A stretch of 64,000 nt of DNA, taken from Raja brachyura. Taxonomy: Eukaryota. The stretch covers positions 36,146,001 through 36,210,000 of the forward strand of contig OY740792.1 in assembly GCA_963514005.1 (NCBI GenBank), given 5' to 3'. The translations under genes were made by a program, and so were the position numbers. This document shows, in pieces, positions 25,288 through 39,605 of this stretch (positions within the stretch are counted from its first letter, which is position 1; the number at the start of each line of letters is the position of its first letter). Under the pieces are notes generated by a model. That model ran no database searches. It worked only from the letters and a program-made list of their open reading frames with translations, and was not told where the DNA came from.

Positions 25288-26773
25288 CAGTGTCTTCCAT
25301 AATGTTTGGGACATTAATGAAGGCCCTTTTGGGACATTAATGAAGGCCATTTTTATCTTTTGGTTTCACCATGTAGAAATTACAGCAGTGTTTATACATA
25401 GTCCCCCCCCCCCATTTCAGGGCACCATAATGTTTGACACAGCAACGTAATGTAAATGAAAGTTGTCATGTTTTGTATTTTATTGCATATCCTTTGCATG
25501 CAATGACTGCATGAAGTCTGCGATTCATGGACATCACCAGTTGCTGGGTGTCTTCTGTAGTGTTGCTCTGCCAGGCCTGTTTTGCAGCCATCTTTAGCTT
25601 ATGATTGTTTTGGGGGCTAGTTCCATTCAGTTTTCTCTTCAGCATATAAAAGGCATGCTCAATTGGGTTCAGATCAGGTGATTGACTTGGCCACTAAAGA
25701 ATTGACCATTTGTTAGCTTTGAAAACTCCTTTGTTGCTTTAGCAGTATGTTTGGGATCATTGTCTTACTGTTGAATGAACTGCCAGCCAATAAGTTTTGA
25801 GGCATTTGTTTGAACTTGAGCAGATAGGATGTGTCTATACATTTCAGAATTCATGATGCTACTACCATCAGCAGTTGTATCATCAATAAAGATAAGTGAG
25901 TTAGTACCTTCAGCAGCCATACATGCCCGGGCCATAACACCCCCAGCGTAATCTTCATCTCATCTGACCACAAGACCTTTTTCCAGAACTGTGGTTGCTC
26001 TTTTAATTACTTAATGGCAAACTGTAACTTGGCCATCCTATTTTTGTGGCTTACCAGTGGTTTGCATCTGGCAGTGTAGCCTCTATTTCTGTTCATGAAG
26101 TCTTCTGCGGACAGTGGTCATTGACAAATCCACACCTGACACCTGAAGAGTGTTTCTGATCTGTCGGTCAGGTGTTTGGGGATATTTTCTTTATTATAGA
26201 GAGAATGCATCTGTCATCAGCTGTGGAGGTGTTCCTTGGCCTGCCAGTCCCTTAGCGATTAGTAAGCTCACCAGTGCTCTCTTTCTTATTAATGATGTTC
26301 CAAACAGTAGATTTTGGTAAGCCTAAGGTTTGGCTGATGTCTCTAATAGTTTTATTCTTGTTTCTCAGTCTCATAATGGCTTCTTTGACTTTCATTGGCA
26401 CAACTTGGTCCTCATGTTGATAAACAGCAATAAAAGTTTCCAAAGGTGATGGAAAGACTGGAGGAAAGACTAGGTGCTGAGAGCTTTCTTATACCTGCAT
26501 TAAGGAGGCAATTAAACACACCTGAGCAATTACAAACGCCTGTGAAGCCATGTGTCCCAAACATTATGGTGCCCTGAAATGGGGGACTATGTATAAACAC
26601 AGCTGTAATTTCTACATGGTGAAACCAAAATGTATAAAAATGACCTTTAATAAAATCTGACAATGTGCACTTTACCCACATACGATTTTTTCTATTACAA
26701 ATTTCAAATTGTGAAGTACAGAGGCAAATAAATAAATGATGGGTCTTTGGCCCAAACATTATGGAGGGCAATG
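25288..26773 (-). mobile_element. Tc1-family IR/DR DNA transposon with a defective DD34E transposase
   Basis: TA duplication at 25286-25287 and 26774-26775. Long inverted repeats each carry two CCATAATGTTTG sites. The minus strand encodes an HTH (TIRDISQTLGLPKSTVWNII), VLWSDEMKI, QQ*DNDPKH and WPSQSPDLNPIEH, with stops and deletions. Confidence 0.93.
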
Positions 26774-28486
26774 TAAATACAATCAAGTCATACACAAATA
26801 GAACAGGTAAAGATAAACACTGGAGTGGAGAAAGTAATTTTCACCTTTGTAGCATTATAGTTCCAGATTATAGTAGCATTACAGCTGTATTTTCTGCCCG
26901 ATGGAAGCAGGGAGAAAAAGAAACGACTGGGTGAGACGTCTTTGATCATGTGTGCTGCTTTTCCGAGGCAGCATGGTGTAGATGGACTCAATGGTGGGGG
27001 GTCTGGTCTGTGTGGCGGACTGGGCTGCATCAACAACTCTCTGTGATTTCACACGGTCTAGGGCAGAGCTGTTCCCAAACCAAGCTTTTAAAACAGATTA
27101 GTTAATTTCACTTAGATAGATACAAGGTGCTGGAGTAACTCAGTAGGTCAGACAGCATCTCTGGAGAAAAAGGATGGGTGGCGTTTTGGGTTGGAACCCT
27201 TCTTCAGACTTTTCTCCAGAGATGCTGCCTGACCCGACGAGTTACCCCAGCACTTTGTGTCTATCTTTGGTATAAACCAGCATCTGCAGTTCCTTCGTAC
27301 ACAGTTGAGTTCATTTGCTGAGGAAGTATAAATCAAATATTTCCAAGGGAAGTCTAGAGTATTGATTTTTGACAATGTCTTGGTGTTACATTTAATGAAG
27401 ATGATTTATACTCTCTGCTGCAGCTTTCACAATTTGGTGGAGCATTTCTTTCTCCATTCTTGTGCAAAAAACTCAATTTTATAAGGTAATTATAGTAACG
27501 TGGGTGTCAGCTTGATCTCTGGGTGATAATGCTGTATCAAATATTGTCCACCTAAAAGCATTTTCCAATGTGTAGCAAATAAGGTTTCAATTATGGGAAT
27601 AGACTTTGGCAATTGAGCCCTAAACTGGTTAAAGGGGAGACCAGATATATTTTATGTTCCAATGCAAACATTGGAAAGATCCTCAGAAAGAAAATAAAAA
27701 TTATATTTACAAACTCTAAGAGCTGGAGGAACTCTGCAGGTCTTGCAGCATTTGTGGAGGGGATGGACAGGTGATGCTTTGGGTTCAGACCATTCTTCAG
27801 TCTGGTAGGAATACAGGGGATTGTGTCCAACCAGGATGAAGAAGAGTCCCGACCAGAAACGTCGCCTGTCCATTCCCTCCACAGATGCTGCCTGACCTGC
27901 TGAGTTCCTCCAGCACTTTGGGTTCGGCTCCAGATTTCCAGCATCTGCAGTTCCTTGTGTCTCTGTATTTTGGGATAGATTCAGAGAGTCTGAAGGAGTG
28001 TCCACACCCTAAACATCATCTGTCCATTCCCTCCACCGATGCTGCCTGACCCACTGAGTTCCTCAGCACTTTGTGTCTTGCTCAAGATTCCAGCAACTGC
28101 AGTCCTGTGTGTCAACAACTCTATCTAATTCTTGCCTCGTTAATCTTTAACTCGCAATGTAAAATATAGACAGACTCCTCAACCTTTCCACACAGGAAGG
28201 CATTCATATAGATGCCCGTCTTTGGTAGTGTACAAAACCCTTTCAACTTCAGATGTGACAGTTTGGCAAAGGTTGCTTGAGCTTAGATTCATGGTTCGTA
28301 CAAATATCCTTTATCTGACACTAACAAGTATTCACACTTCACTAAATTATTCACAGGCAGCACGATGTTGCGCCCGCAGAGTTGCTGCCTTGCAGCGCCA
28401 AAGACCTGGGTTCAATCCTGACTATGGGTGTTGTCTGTGTGGAGTTTGTACGTTCTCCCTGTGACCTTGTGGGTTTTCATTGGGTG

Positions 28487-28872
28487 CATTGACGTTCATA
28501 CCGCTGGGGTGTAAACTACCCAAGCAAAATATGTGGTGCTGCCCCTCCAATTTGTGGTGGGACTCACTCTGGCCATGGAGGAGGCCCAGGACAGAAAGAT
28601 CGGATTTGGAATGGGAGGGGGAGATGAAGTGCTGGGCCAACGGGAGATCAGGTTGGTTATTGCGAACTGAGCTAAGGTGTTGGGCGAAGCGATCGCCAAG
28701 CCTGCGCTTGGTCTCACCGATGTAGAGCAGTTGACACCTAGAGCAGCGGATGCAATAGATGAGGTTGGAGGAGGTGCAGGTGAACGTCTGCCTCACCTGG
28801 AAAGATTGTTTCGGTCCTTGGATGGAGTCGTGGGTGGCGGTAATGCGACAAATGTAGCATTTCCTGCGGACC
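28487..28872 (-). mobile_element. Penelope-like GIY-YIG fragment inside an HE1 SINE
   Basis: FTCTSSNLIYCIRCSRCQLLYIGETKRRLGDRF. The SINE halves lie at about 28355-28485 and 28875-29000. Confidence 0.88.
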
Positions 28873-31800
28873 TTGGCTGCTGTAAATTGTCCCTCGTGTG
28901 TGGAATAGAACTTGTGTGAACAGGTGATCGCTGGTTATCGCAGACTCAGTGAGCTGCAGGAGCCGTTTCAACGCTGTATCTCTAAATTAACCTAAACTAA
29001 AATAGATCATATTATATTGAATTGATTGATTGGAAGATATAGCATGAAAACAGGACCTTCAGCCCAATGACTCCATCGATCACTTGGTCACACTCGTTCC
29101 ATGTTACCCCACTTTCTCATCCACTCTCTACACACTGGGGGCAACTTCACAGATGGCTAATTAAGCTACAAACCCACATGTCTTTGTGATGTGGGAGGAA
29201 ACCGGAGCACCCAGAGGAAACCCACATGGTTACAGGGGGAATGTGTAAACTCTGTGCAGACAGTAGCAAAGGTCAAGATCGAACCCGGGTCTCTGACGTC
29301 TGCTTCATCAAATTTTGGGTGCTATTTAAACATATGACCCTTAAAACCAGAAAGGCATAAAAGAAGTTCAACAAATGATAGGAAGCATGCTCTCGGCTTC
29401 ACCACATTACATCTTTTAGTTCATATTACATCTAACAGGGAATCCAATATCAATGAGATATATTGTTCCCCTCTGCAATGCCATTATTATACTATTACTC
29501 ATACCACTGTCTTGCTTCACTTTGCCTCTTGAAATAATCTCCTTAGCTCCATGTAGTCAGATGAATGACTCTTTCACTCTGACAATTATTGGTATGAAAT
29601 ACAACAATTGCTTCTCCTGAATCTTCTGAAGGAATCACATTGAATGAAAGAAACAGCGTGGAAACAGGCCCTTCGGCCCACCGAGTCCACACCGACCATA
29701 AATCACTCCTTCACACTAGTTCTAAGTTATCCCACTTTCTCATCCACTCCGTGTACACTAGGGGCAATTTACAGAGGATAATTAACCAACAAACCCGCAC
29801 GTCTTTGTGATGTGGGCGGAGACTGTAGATGGAGGAACTCAGCGGGTCAGGCAGCATCTGTACGACAGCCAACATTTCGGGTTGGGACCCTTCTTCAGAT
29901 ATTGTAGTTTAGTTTAGTTCGGAGAAACAGTGCAGAAACAGTCCCTTCAGCCCATCGAATCCACACTGACCGTATACCAGCACTACCCTACACAAACTAG
30001 AAACAATTTACAATCTTTACCAAAGCCAATTAAGCTGCAAACTTGCACGTCTTTGGAGTGCAGGAGGAACCCGAGCACCCGGGGAAAACCCATGCTGTCA
30101 CGGGGGAGAACGTACACACTCCGTACAGACAGAACCCACATATATCATAACTTTATTGGTTTCCTTTGAAAATATTGACCAACATAATTCCCTTTCACAA
30201 CTGACTGCTGATGTCCTGGAGAATATCACAAATTAATTCTATCACTGTGCAGCGACACATTTTAAATATAGCGTTAGAATTTGTGATCACACTCTGAGGT
30301 ACAAATTGTTCGGTGATTTTATTCATTTCATAGCGAGGGAAAAGTACAAGATCAACCCGCAGAGAACATGGGTTTAAGGTGCGGGGGGAAAGCTTTAATA
30401 GGAACCTGAGGGGTAACTTTTTCACTCAAAGGGTAGTGGATGCATGGAATGAGCTGCCAGAAGAGGTAGTTGAGGCAGGTACTCTCACGACATTTAAGAA
30501 ACATTTACATGGATAGTAAAAGCTTTAGAGGGATATGGGCCAAATGCAGGCAAGTGGGACGAGTGGAGATGGGACATGTTGGTCGGTGTGGGCAGGTTAG
30601 GCCAAGAGGCCTGTTTTTACGCTGCAAGACGCTTTGACATGTTGTCAGATAATTTTGCATGTAATAAAGGAAGGATTTTAAGGGGGAATTTGCTTTGAAG
30701 GTAGAAGAATTAGAAACTCTATTGAGGGAAAATGTTTTTTTAGATTTAGGTTTAGGTTTATTATTGTCACGTACTGAGATACAGTGAAAATCTGTGTTTT
30801 GTTTCGCATGCTGTCCTAATAGAGCAGCTATACCATACATAGACATAATCAGTTCGGTGTTCACTTTCAAGCTTCTGTACCTTCTGCCAGATGGGAGCTG
30901 AGAGAAGAAGGAATAACCAGGGTGGGACAAGTCTTTCATTATGTTGACTTTGAAAGGAGGTAGACAAAAGTAAAATATTAATAAACATTTTCCACTGAGA
31001 ATATAATATGTATTCTCCTATATCCAACGCCAGACAGGAAGGTTGGCGAGGGAATGGGAAGGGGAGTTAACATGGTTAGCAACCGAGCGATCCAGCGGGC
31101 CCTCCGTGGAACAAGCCAAGTGCTCGGCAAAAATATTTAGATACAACTACTCAACTAAATTAACAAGCATGTAATGAGGTCAGGCTGCACGAGAAGTGTT
31201 TTTTCCCCCAATTAATAATTGATGTATGAAACAAACTTCAAACCAAAGCCCCATTTCTATGTCAATTAACAACTTTGAAGAATAACAGCTTCAATATTTG
31301 GTTGAGAAGAGGGCTGGACATTGTAAAGATAAGGGTAGTCAGAGAACATGGAGAATAATGTAGCTTGCAATGTGAAGTGTCCTTAATTAAAAAGACATGT
31401 TACAGATTTGTATCTTTTTCAAAGTTTAACAAATTATTCTCTTCCCCTCTGGGCTCTGTATCACTTTGATAGCAGCCATCCGAGTCAATCCGGCATGAGC
31501 TTCATTGGAAGGAACAGATACACGAATTACACAAGGTTCTGATGTTCTTATCTTCATATTTTATGCATATGTTTTCTGGCTGTCTGACAAGATAATCTTT
31601 AACTACCAACATAGAATGGTGTATTTTATTAGGGAAAAGAAGACCCATGGTATGCTCGCCTTCATTGGTTGAGGCATTGAGTGTGAGAGTCAGGAGGTCA
31701 TGGTGCAGCTCCACAAGACTTTGTAGACACAAAGATCTGCAGATGCTTTAAACTTTAGACTTTCGAGCTACAGTGTGGAAACAGGCCCTTCGGCCCACCG

Positions 31801-32619
31801 AGTCGATGCCAATCAAACTGGCATACGTCCCATTTGCTCACACTTGGCCCATAACCCTCTAGACCCTACCTACCCATATATCTGTCCAAATATATTTTAA
31901 AAGTTATAAATGTGTTAAGAGCGGCACAATAATGCACCAGTAAAGATGCTGCCTTGCAGCGCCAGAGACACGGGTTCGATCCTGACTACAGGTGCTGTAC
32001 GTTCTACCTGTGACCGTGTGGGTTTTCTCCGGCTGCTCCGGTTTCCTCCTACACTCCAAAGACATACAGGTTTGTAGGTTAATTGGTTTCAGTATATTGT
32101 GATAATTGTCCCTATTGTGTAGGATAGTGCTAGTGCACGGGGTGATCGTTGGTTGGCAGTGGCTCGGTGGGCCGAAGGGCCCGTTTCCACCCTGTATGTC
32201 CAAAATTCTAAAGCCTACAGTAAGTGTCCGTTTCTATAGCTTCCTCTGGCAGCTCTTTCCAGATACAGACTACCTTCCGAGTAAAAACGTTAACGCTGAG
32301 GTCCCTCTTAAATCATTCCTGTCTCAACTTATGCCTATGTGTTATCGAGAGTTGATATTTACCTGAATGATATTTATTTCTATAATATTGATTATTACCC
32401 GCAATTTCAAGCCTGCTTCTGATTTGTATTACTCCACTGAGCCAATAGAATATTATGACCATGTTATCTATTCCCATTTGTAAGAAGTCAGTAATTATTA
32501 ACATGGCAAGGAAGACTGATAAGCAATAGGAATTCCAACCAAACAGAAGTGAAAGCAAATGTTTACTGATATTTAGTTTACCTGCATCTCTAAAACTAAA
32601 CTAAAACAATGAATAACCT

Positions 32620-33742
32620 TTGTAGATGTTTTTGTATACCTAGATTTTCAGAAAGCCTTTGATGAGGTGCCACACGGAAGGCTGCTAAGGAAGATGAGAG
32701 CCCATGGCATCAAAGGGCAGATACTAACATGGATATCATGTTGGCTGGATGGCGGAAGACAAACAAAGAGCTTTTATCTGGTTTGCTGCCAGTGACTAGC
32801 GGAGTTCCGCAGGGCTCGGTGCTGGGGCCGCTGCTCTTCACATTGGATATCAATGATGTGGATGAGGGGCCAAGTTTGCAGATTATACGAAAATAGGTGG
32901 AGGGGCAGGTAGTGTGGAGAAAGCAGGGACTCTGCAGAAGGTCTTGGATAGCTTGGGACAGTGTGCAGAGAGGTGGAAGATGGAATATAGTCTAGCAAAG
33001 TGTGGAGTCTGGCATTTTGGTAGTGGGATTAAAGGCGTAGATTATTTTCTAAATGGGGAGAGAATCCAGAAATTACAAGGCGCTGGTCAGGCCGCATATG
33101 GAATATTGTGAGCAATTTTGGGCACCATATCTGAGGAAAGATGTGCTGGCTCTGGAGAGGGTCCAGAGGAGGTTTACAGGAATGATCCCAGTCTGAAGAA
33201 GGGTCTCGATCCTAAACGTCACCTACTCCATTTCTCCATAGATGCTGCCTCACCCGCTGAGTTTCTCCAGCATTTTCTGTCTACCCAGGAATGAGTAGGT
33301 TAACATATGATGGGCGTTTGACAGCACTGGGCCTATATTCACTGGAGTTTAGAAGAATGTGGGGCGACCTCATTGAAACGTACAAAATAGTGAAAGGCTG
33401 GATAGAGTGGATGTGGAGAGGATGTTTCCACTAAGAGTCTGGGACTAGAGGTCATAGTCTCAGAATTAAAGGACGTTCTTTTAGGAAGGAGATGAGGTAG
33501 AATTTCTTTAGTCAGAGGGTGGTGAATCTGTGGAATTCTTTGCCATAGAAGGCTGTGGAGGCAAAGTCAGTGGATATATTTAAGGCGGAGATAGATGGAT
33601 TCTTGATTAATACAGATGACAGAGGTTATGGGGAGAAGGCTGGAGAATGGGGTTAGGAGGTAGAGATCGATCAGCCATGATTGAATAGCAGAGTAGACTT
33701 AATGGGCTGAATGGCCTAATTCTTCTATCACATGACATGACT
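32620..33742 (+). mobile_element. CR1 LINE fragment with internal deletions and a hammerhead-motif PLE unit inserted at about 33192-33284
   Basis: [19 protein letters not shown] and C-terminal motifs plus 3' UTR. The insert is flanked by CCCAG. Confidence 0.88.
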
Positions 33743-36700
33743 TTGAATACCTTTGAAACACATTGAGAGATTTTCTGGGACAGAGTCTAGATTTCACCAA
33801 CACCCATTTAGATTAAGTTTTAGAAATACTGCACTGAGTCCACACTGACCATAGATCACCTGTTCACGCTAGTTCTATGTTATCCCATTTTCTCATCTAA
33901 GCTTTACACACCAGGGGCAATTTTTACAGAGGCCAATTAACCTACAAACCTTCCTCCCACCTCCCATGTCTTTGGGATGTGGGAGGAAACCAGAGCACCC
34001 AGAGAAAACCCACACTGTGACAGGGAGAATGCACAAATTCCACACAGAGGTCAGGATCGAACCGGGATCTCTGTGAGGCAGCAGCTCTACCATCTGTGGC
34101 ACTGTGCCACCCTATAAATTATTTCTTGTCATATGGGGAATTATTTCAATGTTGAAGTGCCTCATAATTCCAAAACCCAGAACAATTACATTGTGCTAAC
34201 AATGTTCTCAATCATTTCCTTATTTAGGTCAATTTCACCATTTACCTCAATAGTAGTTAGACATCCTTTGAAAAATGGCAGGAAAATGCATGAGAAATAA
34301 ATTGAGTTTGTCCAATAACCTTGCAAATGTCTGGGTTCAGTAGGGTCCACTACATTCAGGTGAGCTTGCTTCTATGATGTTCCATTTGGTTTAGTGCTGG
34401 TTTAATAGGGTTGTATTTCAAATCTCTCCACCCTGGGATATTAAGCACTCTGGGTACTGAAACCAATATGTTTTTTATTAGCCGCTTCAAGATTTATGCT
34501 GTTAATAAATACAGTAGGAGATGACGTTTCATCAGAGCTTGGGGATTCTGTGAAATAATGACCCAGTGACAATCACACTGGGGATAATCATAACTTCGAA
34601 GAACAGCTGGGAATAGGTTGCGTGGGAAGTTAGATTTTTGAACTTTTCACTTCAAACCTTAACTTACCTTGAAGAAATTTTGAAAAAAGGAACTGCAGGT
34701 AATGGTTAATACAAAAAAGGACACAGCATGCTAGAGTAACTCAGCGTGTCAGGCAGCATCTCTGGAGAACATGTATAGACGACTCGACCCAAAATCTTGT
34801 CTGTCCATTCCCTCCACAGATGCTGCCTGGCCCGCTGAGTTACTCCAGCAGTTTGTTTTCTATCTTTGGTATAAACCAGCATCTGCAGTTCATTTTGATT
34901 AAGATTTAATAGGAACCTGAGGGGAAACTTTTTCCACATAGAGGGTGGTGGGTGTATGGAATGGGCTGCCAGAGGAGATGCAGTAGTTGAAGCAGGCACT
35001 GTAACAACATTTAAAAGATTTAGTGGGATACGGGCCAAACATGGGCGGGTGGGACTAGTGTAGTGGGGCATCTTGGTGAGCATGGCCGACTTCGGTCAAA
35101 GGGTCTATTTCTGTGCTGTATGACTTTATGTCTCAACAACCTCCCTTATCAATTGTGTCATTTGTCATTCAATTGATTTTTTCGTAAGATCAATTTTAGT
35201 TGCTCATGTTCATCTTCATCTACAGTTCATTTCTGATTCAGTTGACATTGTAGTTACACAGTGGCCTGTATTTCTGTCTGCATCTTAACTTGCCCAAGCT
35301 GACTACATTATTTGAAGAGACTTCTTCCTGTGTCAGTGAAAATTTGCTTTGAATACGTGTCAGTCAAATATCTTACTTGGACAAGAGTCAAGAAAGTTTC
35401 ATTGTGTTAAGAACAGTCTGACGAAGGGTCTCAACATGAAACGTCACCTATTCCTTTTCTCCAGAGATGCTGCCAGACCCGCTGGGTTACCCCAGCATTT
35501 TGTGTCTATCTGCAACAAAATTCTTACTCACTGCACCTTAACAGGCCCATACATGTAATAACACACAAAAAAAAAATCATAATCAAAAATACAAAAAATT
35601 AAACCATACTTCACAAGGGAAATGTCAAAGATTAGAGGGCACAGCTTTAAGGTGAGAGGGGCAAAGTTTAAAGGAGATGTGCGGGGAATTTTTTTTAACG
35701 CAGAGGATGGTGGGTGCCCGGAGCTTTTTCCTGCCAGGGGTGGGACCATCGCCTAGCCATGTTCACCACAGATGCTGGCTGATCCGCTGAGTTACTCTAG
35801 CACTTTGCATCCTGTTGAATTAACTCAGTGTTTGGTAAAAGAGCTACATCGGTTTGTAGGTTAATTGGCTTCAGTAAGAACTGTAAATTGTCCCTGTGTG
35901 TTGGATAGAGCTAGTGTACCTGATGATGGCTGGTCGGTGTGGACTCTGTGGGCTGAAGGCCCCGTTTCCATGCTGTATCTCGAATATCTAAACAAAATGC
36001 TGTACACAAACTAACATGAATGCTTCACCTCCATCTAGGGCAGACTATTAAGGGAGAACCACAATATGTAAATGTGGTTTAAGCTGGGCCCTGTGAATAT
36101 CAGAGTGAGAAAGATGGAACGGAAGTTTGGCGGTAAATATTGTCTAGTATCCAGCATTGATATCAGCACCTGAGAAAGACAGAAGAGAATGTCCAAGATT
36201 AAGAGTTAATGTCCTTGATGCCTGGCTCAAAAGAACAGTTTTAGAACTTGGAACAATACAGTACATTGAACCAAGGAACTGCAGAAGCTGGTTTATACCA
36301 AAGATAGACACAAAGTGCTGGAGTAACTCAGTGGATCAGGCAACATCTCTGGTGATCAGATGATAAATAAATCTCCTCTGCCTGCACTTGATCCATATCC
36401 CTCCATATCCATGTGCTTATCTAAAAGCCTCTTAAATGCCACAGTTGTATCTGCCTCCACCACCACCCGAGGCAGCACATTTTCTAGGTACTCACCACCC
36501 TCTGTGTAAAAAACTTGCCCTGCACATCCCCTTTAAACATTGCCCATATGTTATCCCCACATTCTCATCCACTCCCTACACACTAAGATCAATTTACAAG
36601 AGGCCAATTAACCTACAAATCCTGCACATCTTTATAATATGGGAGAAAACCGGAGCACCCGGAGAAAACCCATGTGATCACAGGTAGAACGTACAAACTC

Positions 36701-37150
36701 CATACAGACAGCACCCGAGTTCAGGATCAAACCGGGTCTCTGGTGCTGTGAGGCAGCAACTCCACCGCCGTTCCACGGTGCTGCCCTGAAGCAAAGGAAA
36801 ACAGGTTAGTCTGCAAATTGGGCTCTTGATTGGGAATCGGATCCATTTATGCATCACCATTATTCGCTTAAGGCAATACTGGCAGTTTGTTTTTGCAACG
36901 TCTCTAGACCTTGAAAGTTTTCCTTCTGCATTAGCAACATGGCTGCACACGGTATTCGAAGTGCGGTCTAATCACATTTTGGTGACTGTCCAGTCCATTA
37001 AAATCCTTGTGTTTTTTCCCCTTCATTCTCCCCATTTTAAAGGTTTCAAAGGTCTTAAAGGTCCTTTATTGTCCCATGTACCAATTAAGGTACAGTGATA
37101 TGTAAATTATCATACAGAAAAAAAAGCAATAAGGCACACAATTACATAAC

Positions 37151-39605
37151 TTTCCACACATAGACTGGGAAACACATTCTGTAAATGGGCTGGATGGTTT
37201 GGAGTTTGTAAAATGTGTGCAGGATAGTTTTTTGCAGCAATACATAGAGGTGCCTACTAGAGGAGGGGCAGTGCTGGACCTCCTGTTAGGAAATGAGACG
37301 GGACAGGTGGTGGAGGTATGCGTAGGGGAGCACTTCGGGTCCAGTGATCACAATACCATTAGTTTCAATATAATTATGGAGAAGGACAGAAGTGGGCCTA
37401 GGGTTGAGATTTTTGATTGGAGAAAGGCTAACTTTAACGAGATGCGAGATGATTTAAAAGGAGTGAACTGGGACATTTTGTTTTATGGGAAAGATGTAGA
37501 GGAGAAATGGAGGACATTTAAAGGGGAAATTTTAAGAGTACAAAATCTTTATGTTCCTGTTCGGTTGAAAGGAACCAGTAAAAATTGGAAAGAGCCCTGG
37601 TTTTCAAGGGAAATTGGACATCTTGTTCGGAAAAAGAGGGAGATCTACAATAATTATAGGCAGCATGAAGTAAATGATGTGCTTGAGGAGTATAAGGAAT
37701 GTAAAAAGAATATAAAGAAAGAAATTAGAAAAGCTAAAAGAAGATATGAGGTTGCTTTGGCAAGTAAGGTGAAAGTAAATCCAAAGGGTTTCTACAGCTA
37801 TGTTAATAGCAAAAGGATAACAAGGGATAAAATTGGTCCATTGGAGAGACCGAGTGGACAGCTATCTGCAGAGCCAAAAGAGATGGGGGAGATATTGAAC
37901 AATTTCTTTTCTTCGGTATTCACCAAGGAGAAGGATATTGAATTATGTGAGGTAAGGGAAACTAGTAGAGTAGCTATGGATACTATGAGTTTCAAAGTAA
38001 AAGAAGTACTGGCACTTTTGAAAAATATAAAAGTGGATAAGTCTCCAGGTCCTGACAGGATATTCCCTAGGACATTGAGGGAAGTTAGTGTAGAAATAGC
38101 CGGGGCTATGACAGAAATATTTCAAATGTCATTAGAAACTGGAATAGTCCCCGAGGATTGGCGTACTGCGCATGTTGTTCCATTGTTTAAAAAGGGTTCT
38201 AAAAGTAAACCTAGCAATTATAGACCGGTTAGTTTGACTTCAGTGGTGGGCAAATTAATGGAAAAGATACTTAGAGATAATATATATAAGTATCTGGATA
38301 AAGAGGGTCTAATTAGGAACAGTCAACATGGATTTATGCCTGGAAGGTCATGTTTGACTAATCTTCTTGAATTTTTTGAAGAGGTTACTAGGGAAATTGA
38401 CGAGGGTAAAGCAGTGGATGTTGTCTATATGGACTTCAGTAAGGCCTTTGACAAGGTTCCTCATGGAAGGTTGGTTAAGAAGGTTCAACTGTTGGGTATA
38501 AATGCAGGAATAGCAAGATGGATTCAACAGTGGCTGAATGGGAGAAGCCAGAGGGTAATGGTGGATGGCTGTTTGTCGGGTTGGAGGCAGGTGACTAGTG
38601 GGGTGCCTCAGGGATCTGTGTTGGGTCCTTTGTTGTTTGTCATGTACATCAATGATCTGGATGAAGGGGTGGTAAATTGGATTAGTAAGTATGCAGATGA
38701 TACCAAGATAGGGGGTGTTGTGGATAATGAAGAGGATTTCCAAAGTCTACAGAGTGATTTAGGCCAGTTGGAAAAATGGGCTGAAAGATGGCAGATGGAG
38801 TTTAATGCTGATAAATGTGAGGTGCTACACCTTGGCAGGACAAATCAAAATAGGACGTACATGGTAAACGGTAGGGAATTGAAGAATACAGTTGAACAGA
38901 GGGATCTGGGAATAACCGTGCATAGTTCCTTGAAGGTAGAATCTCATATAGATAGGGTGGTAAAGAAAGCTTTTGGTATGCTAGCGTTTATAAATCAGAG
39001 CATTGAGTATAGAAGCTGGGATGTAATGTTAAAATTGTACAAGACGTTGGTGAGACCAAATCTGGAGTATGGTGTACAATTTTGGTCGCCCAATTATAGG
39101 AAGGATGTCAACAAAATAGAGAGGGTACAGAGGAGATTTACTAGAATGTTGCCTGGGTTTCAACAGCTAAGTTACAGAGATAGGTTGAATAAGTTAGGTC
39201 TTTATTCTCTGGAGCGCAGAAGGTTAAGGGGTGACTTGATAGAGGTCTTTAAAATGATGAGAGGGATAGACAGAGTTAATGTGGACAAGCTTTTCCCTTT
39301 GAGAATAGGGAAGATTCAAACAAGAGGACATGACTTTAGAATTAAGGGACAGAGGTTTAGGGGTAACATGAGGGGGAACTTCTTTACTCAGAGAGTGGTA
39401 GCGGTGTGGAATGAGCTTCCAGTGGAAGTGGTGGCGGCAGGTTCGTTGGTATCATTTAAAAATAAATTGGATAGGCATATGGATGAGAAGGGTATGGAGG
39501 GTTATGGTATGAGTGCAGGCAGGTGGGACTAAGGGAAAAAAGTTGTTCGGCACGGACTTGAAGGGCCGAGATGGCCTGTTTCCGTGCTGTAATTGTTATA
39601 TGGTT
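37151..39605 (+). mobile_element. Young 5'-truncated CR1 LINE with an uninterrupted ORF2 (end of the APE domain plus full RT)
   Basis: Frame open from NFPHIDW (37148) to the stop at 39532. Motifs include [41 protein letters not shown] and KYADD. 3' UTR stem-loop and tail present. ATAAC at 37146-37150 and 39606-39610. Confidence 0.96.

Noticed and set aside
37199-39532. 777-aa ORF as a host or domesticated gene
   Set aside because: It has no true start codon, begins mid-endonuclease at the insertion boundary, and keeps a LINE tail and target duplication.
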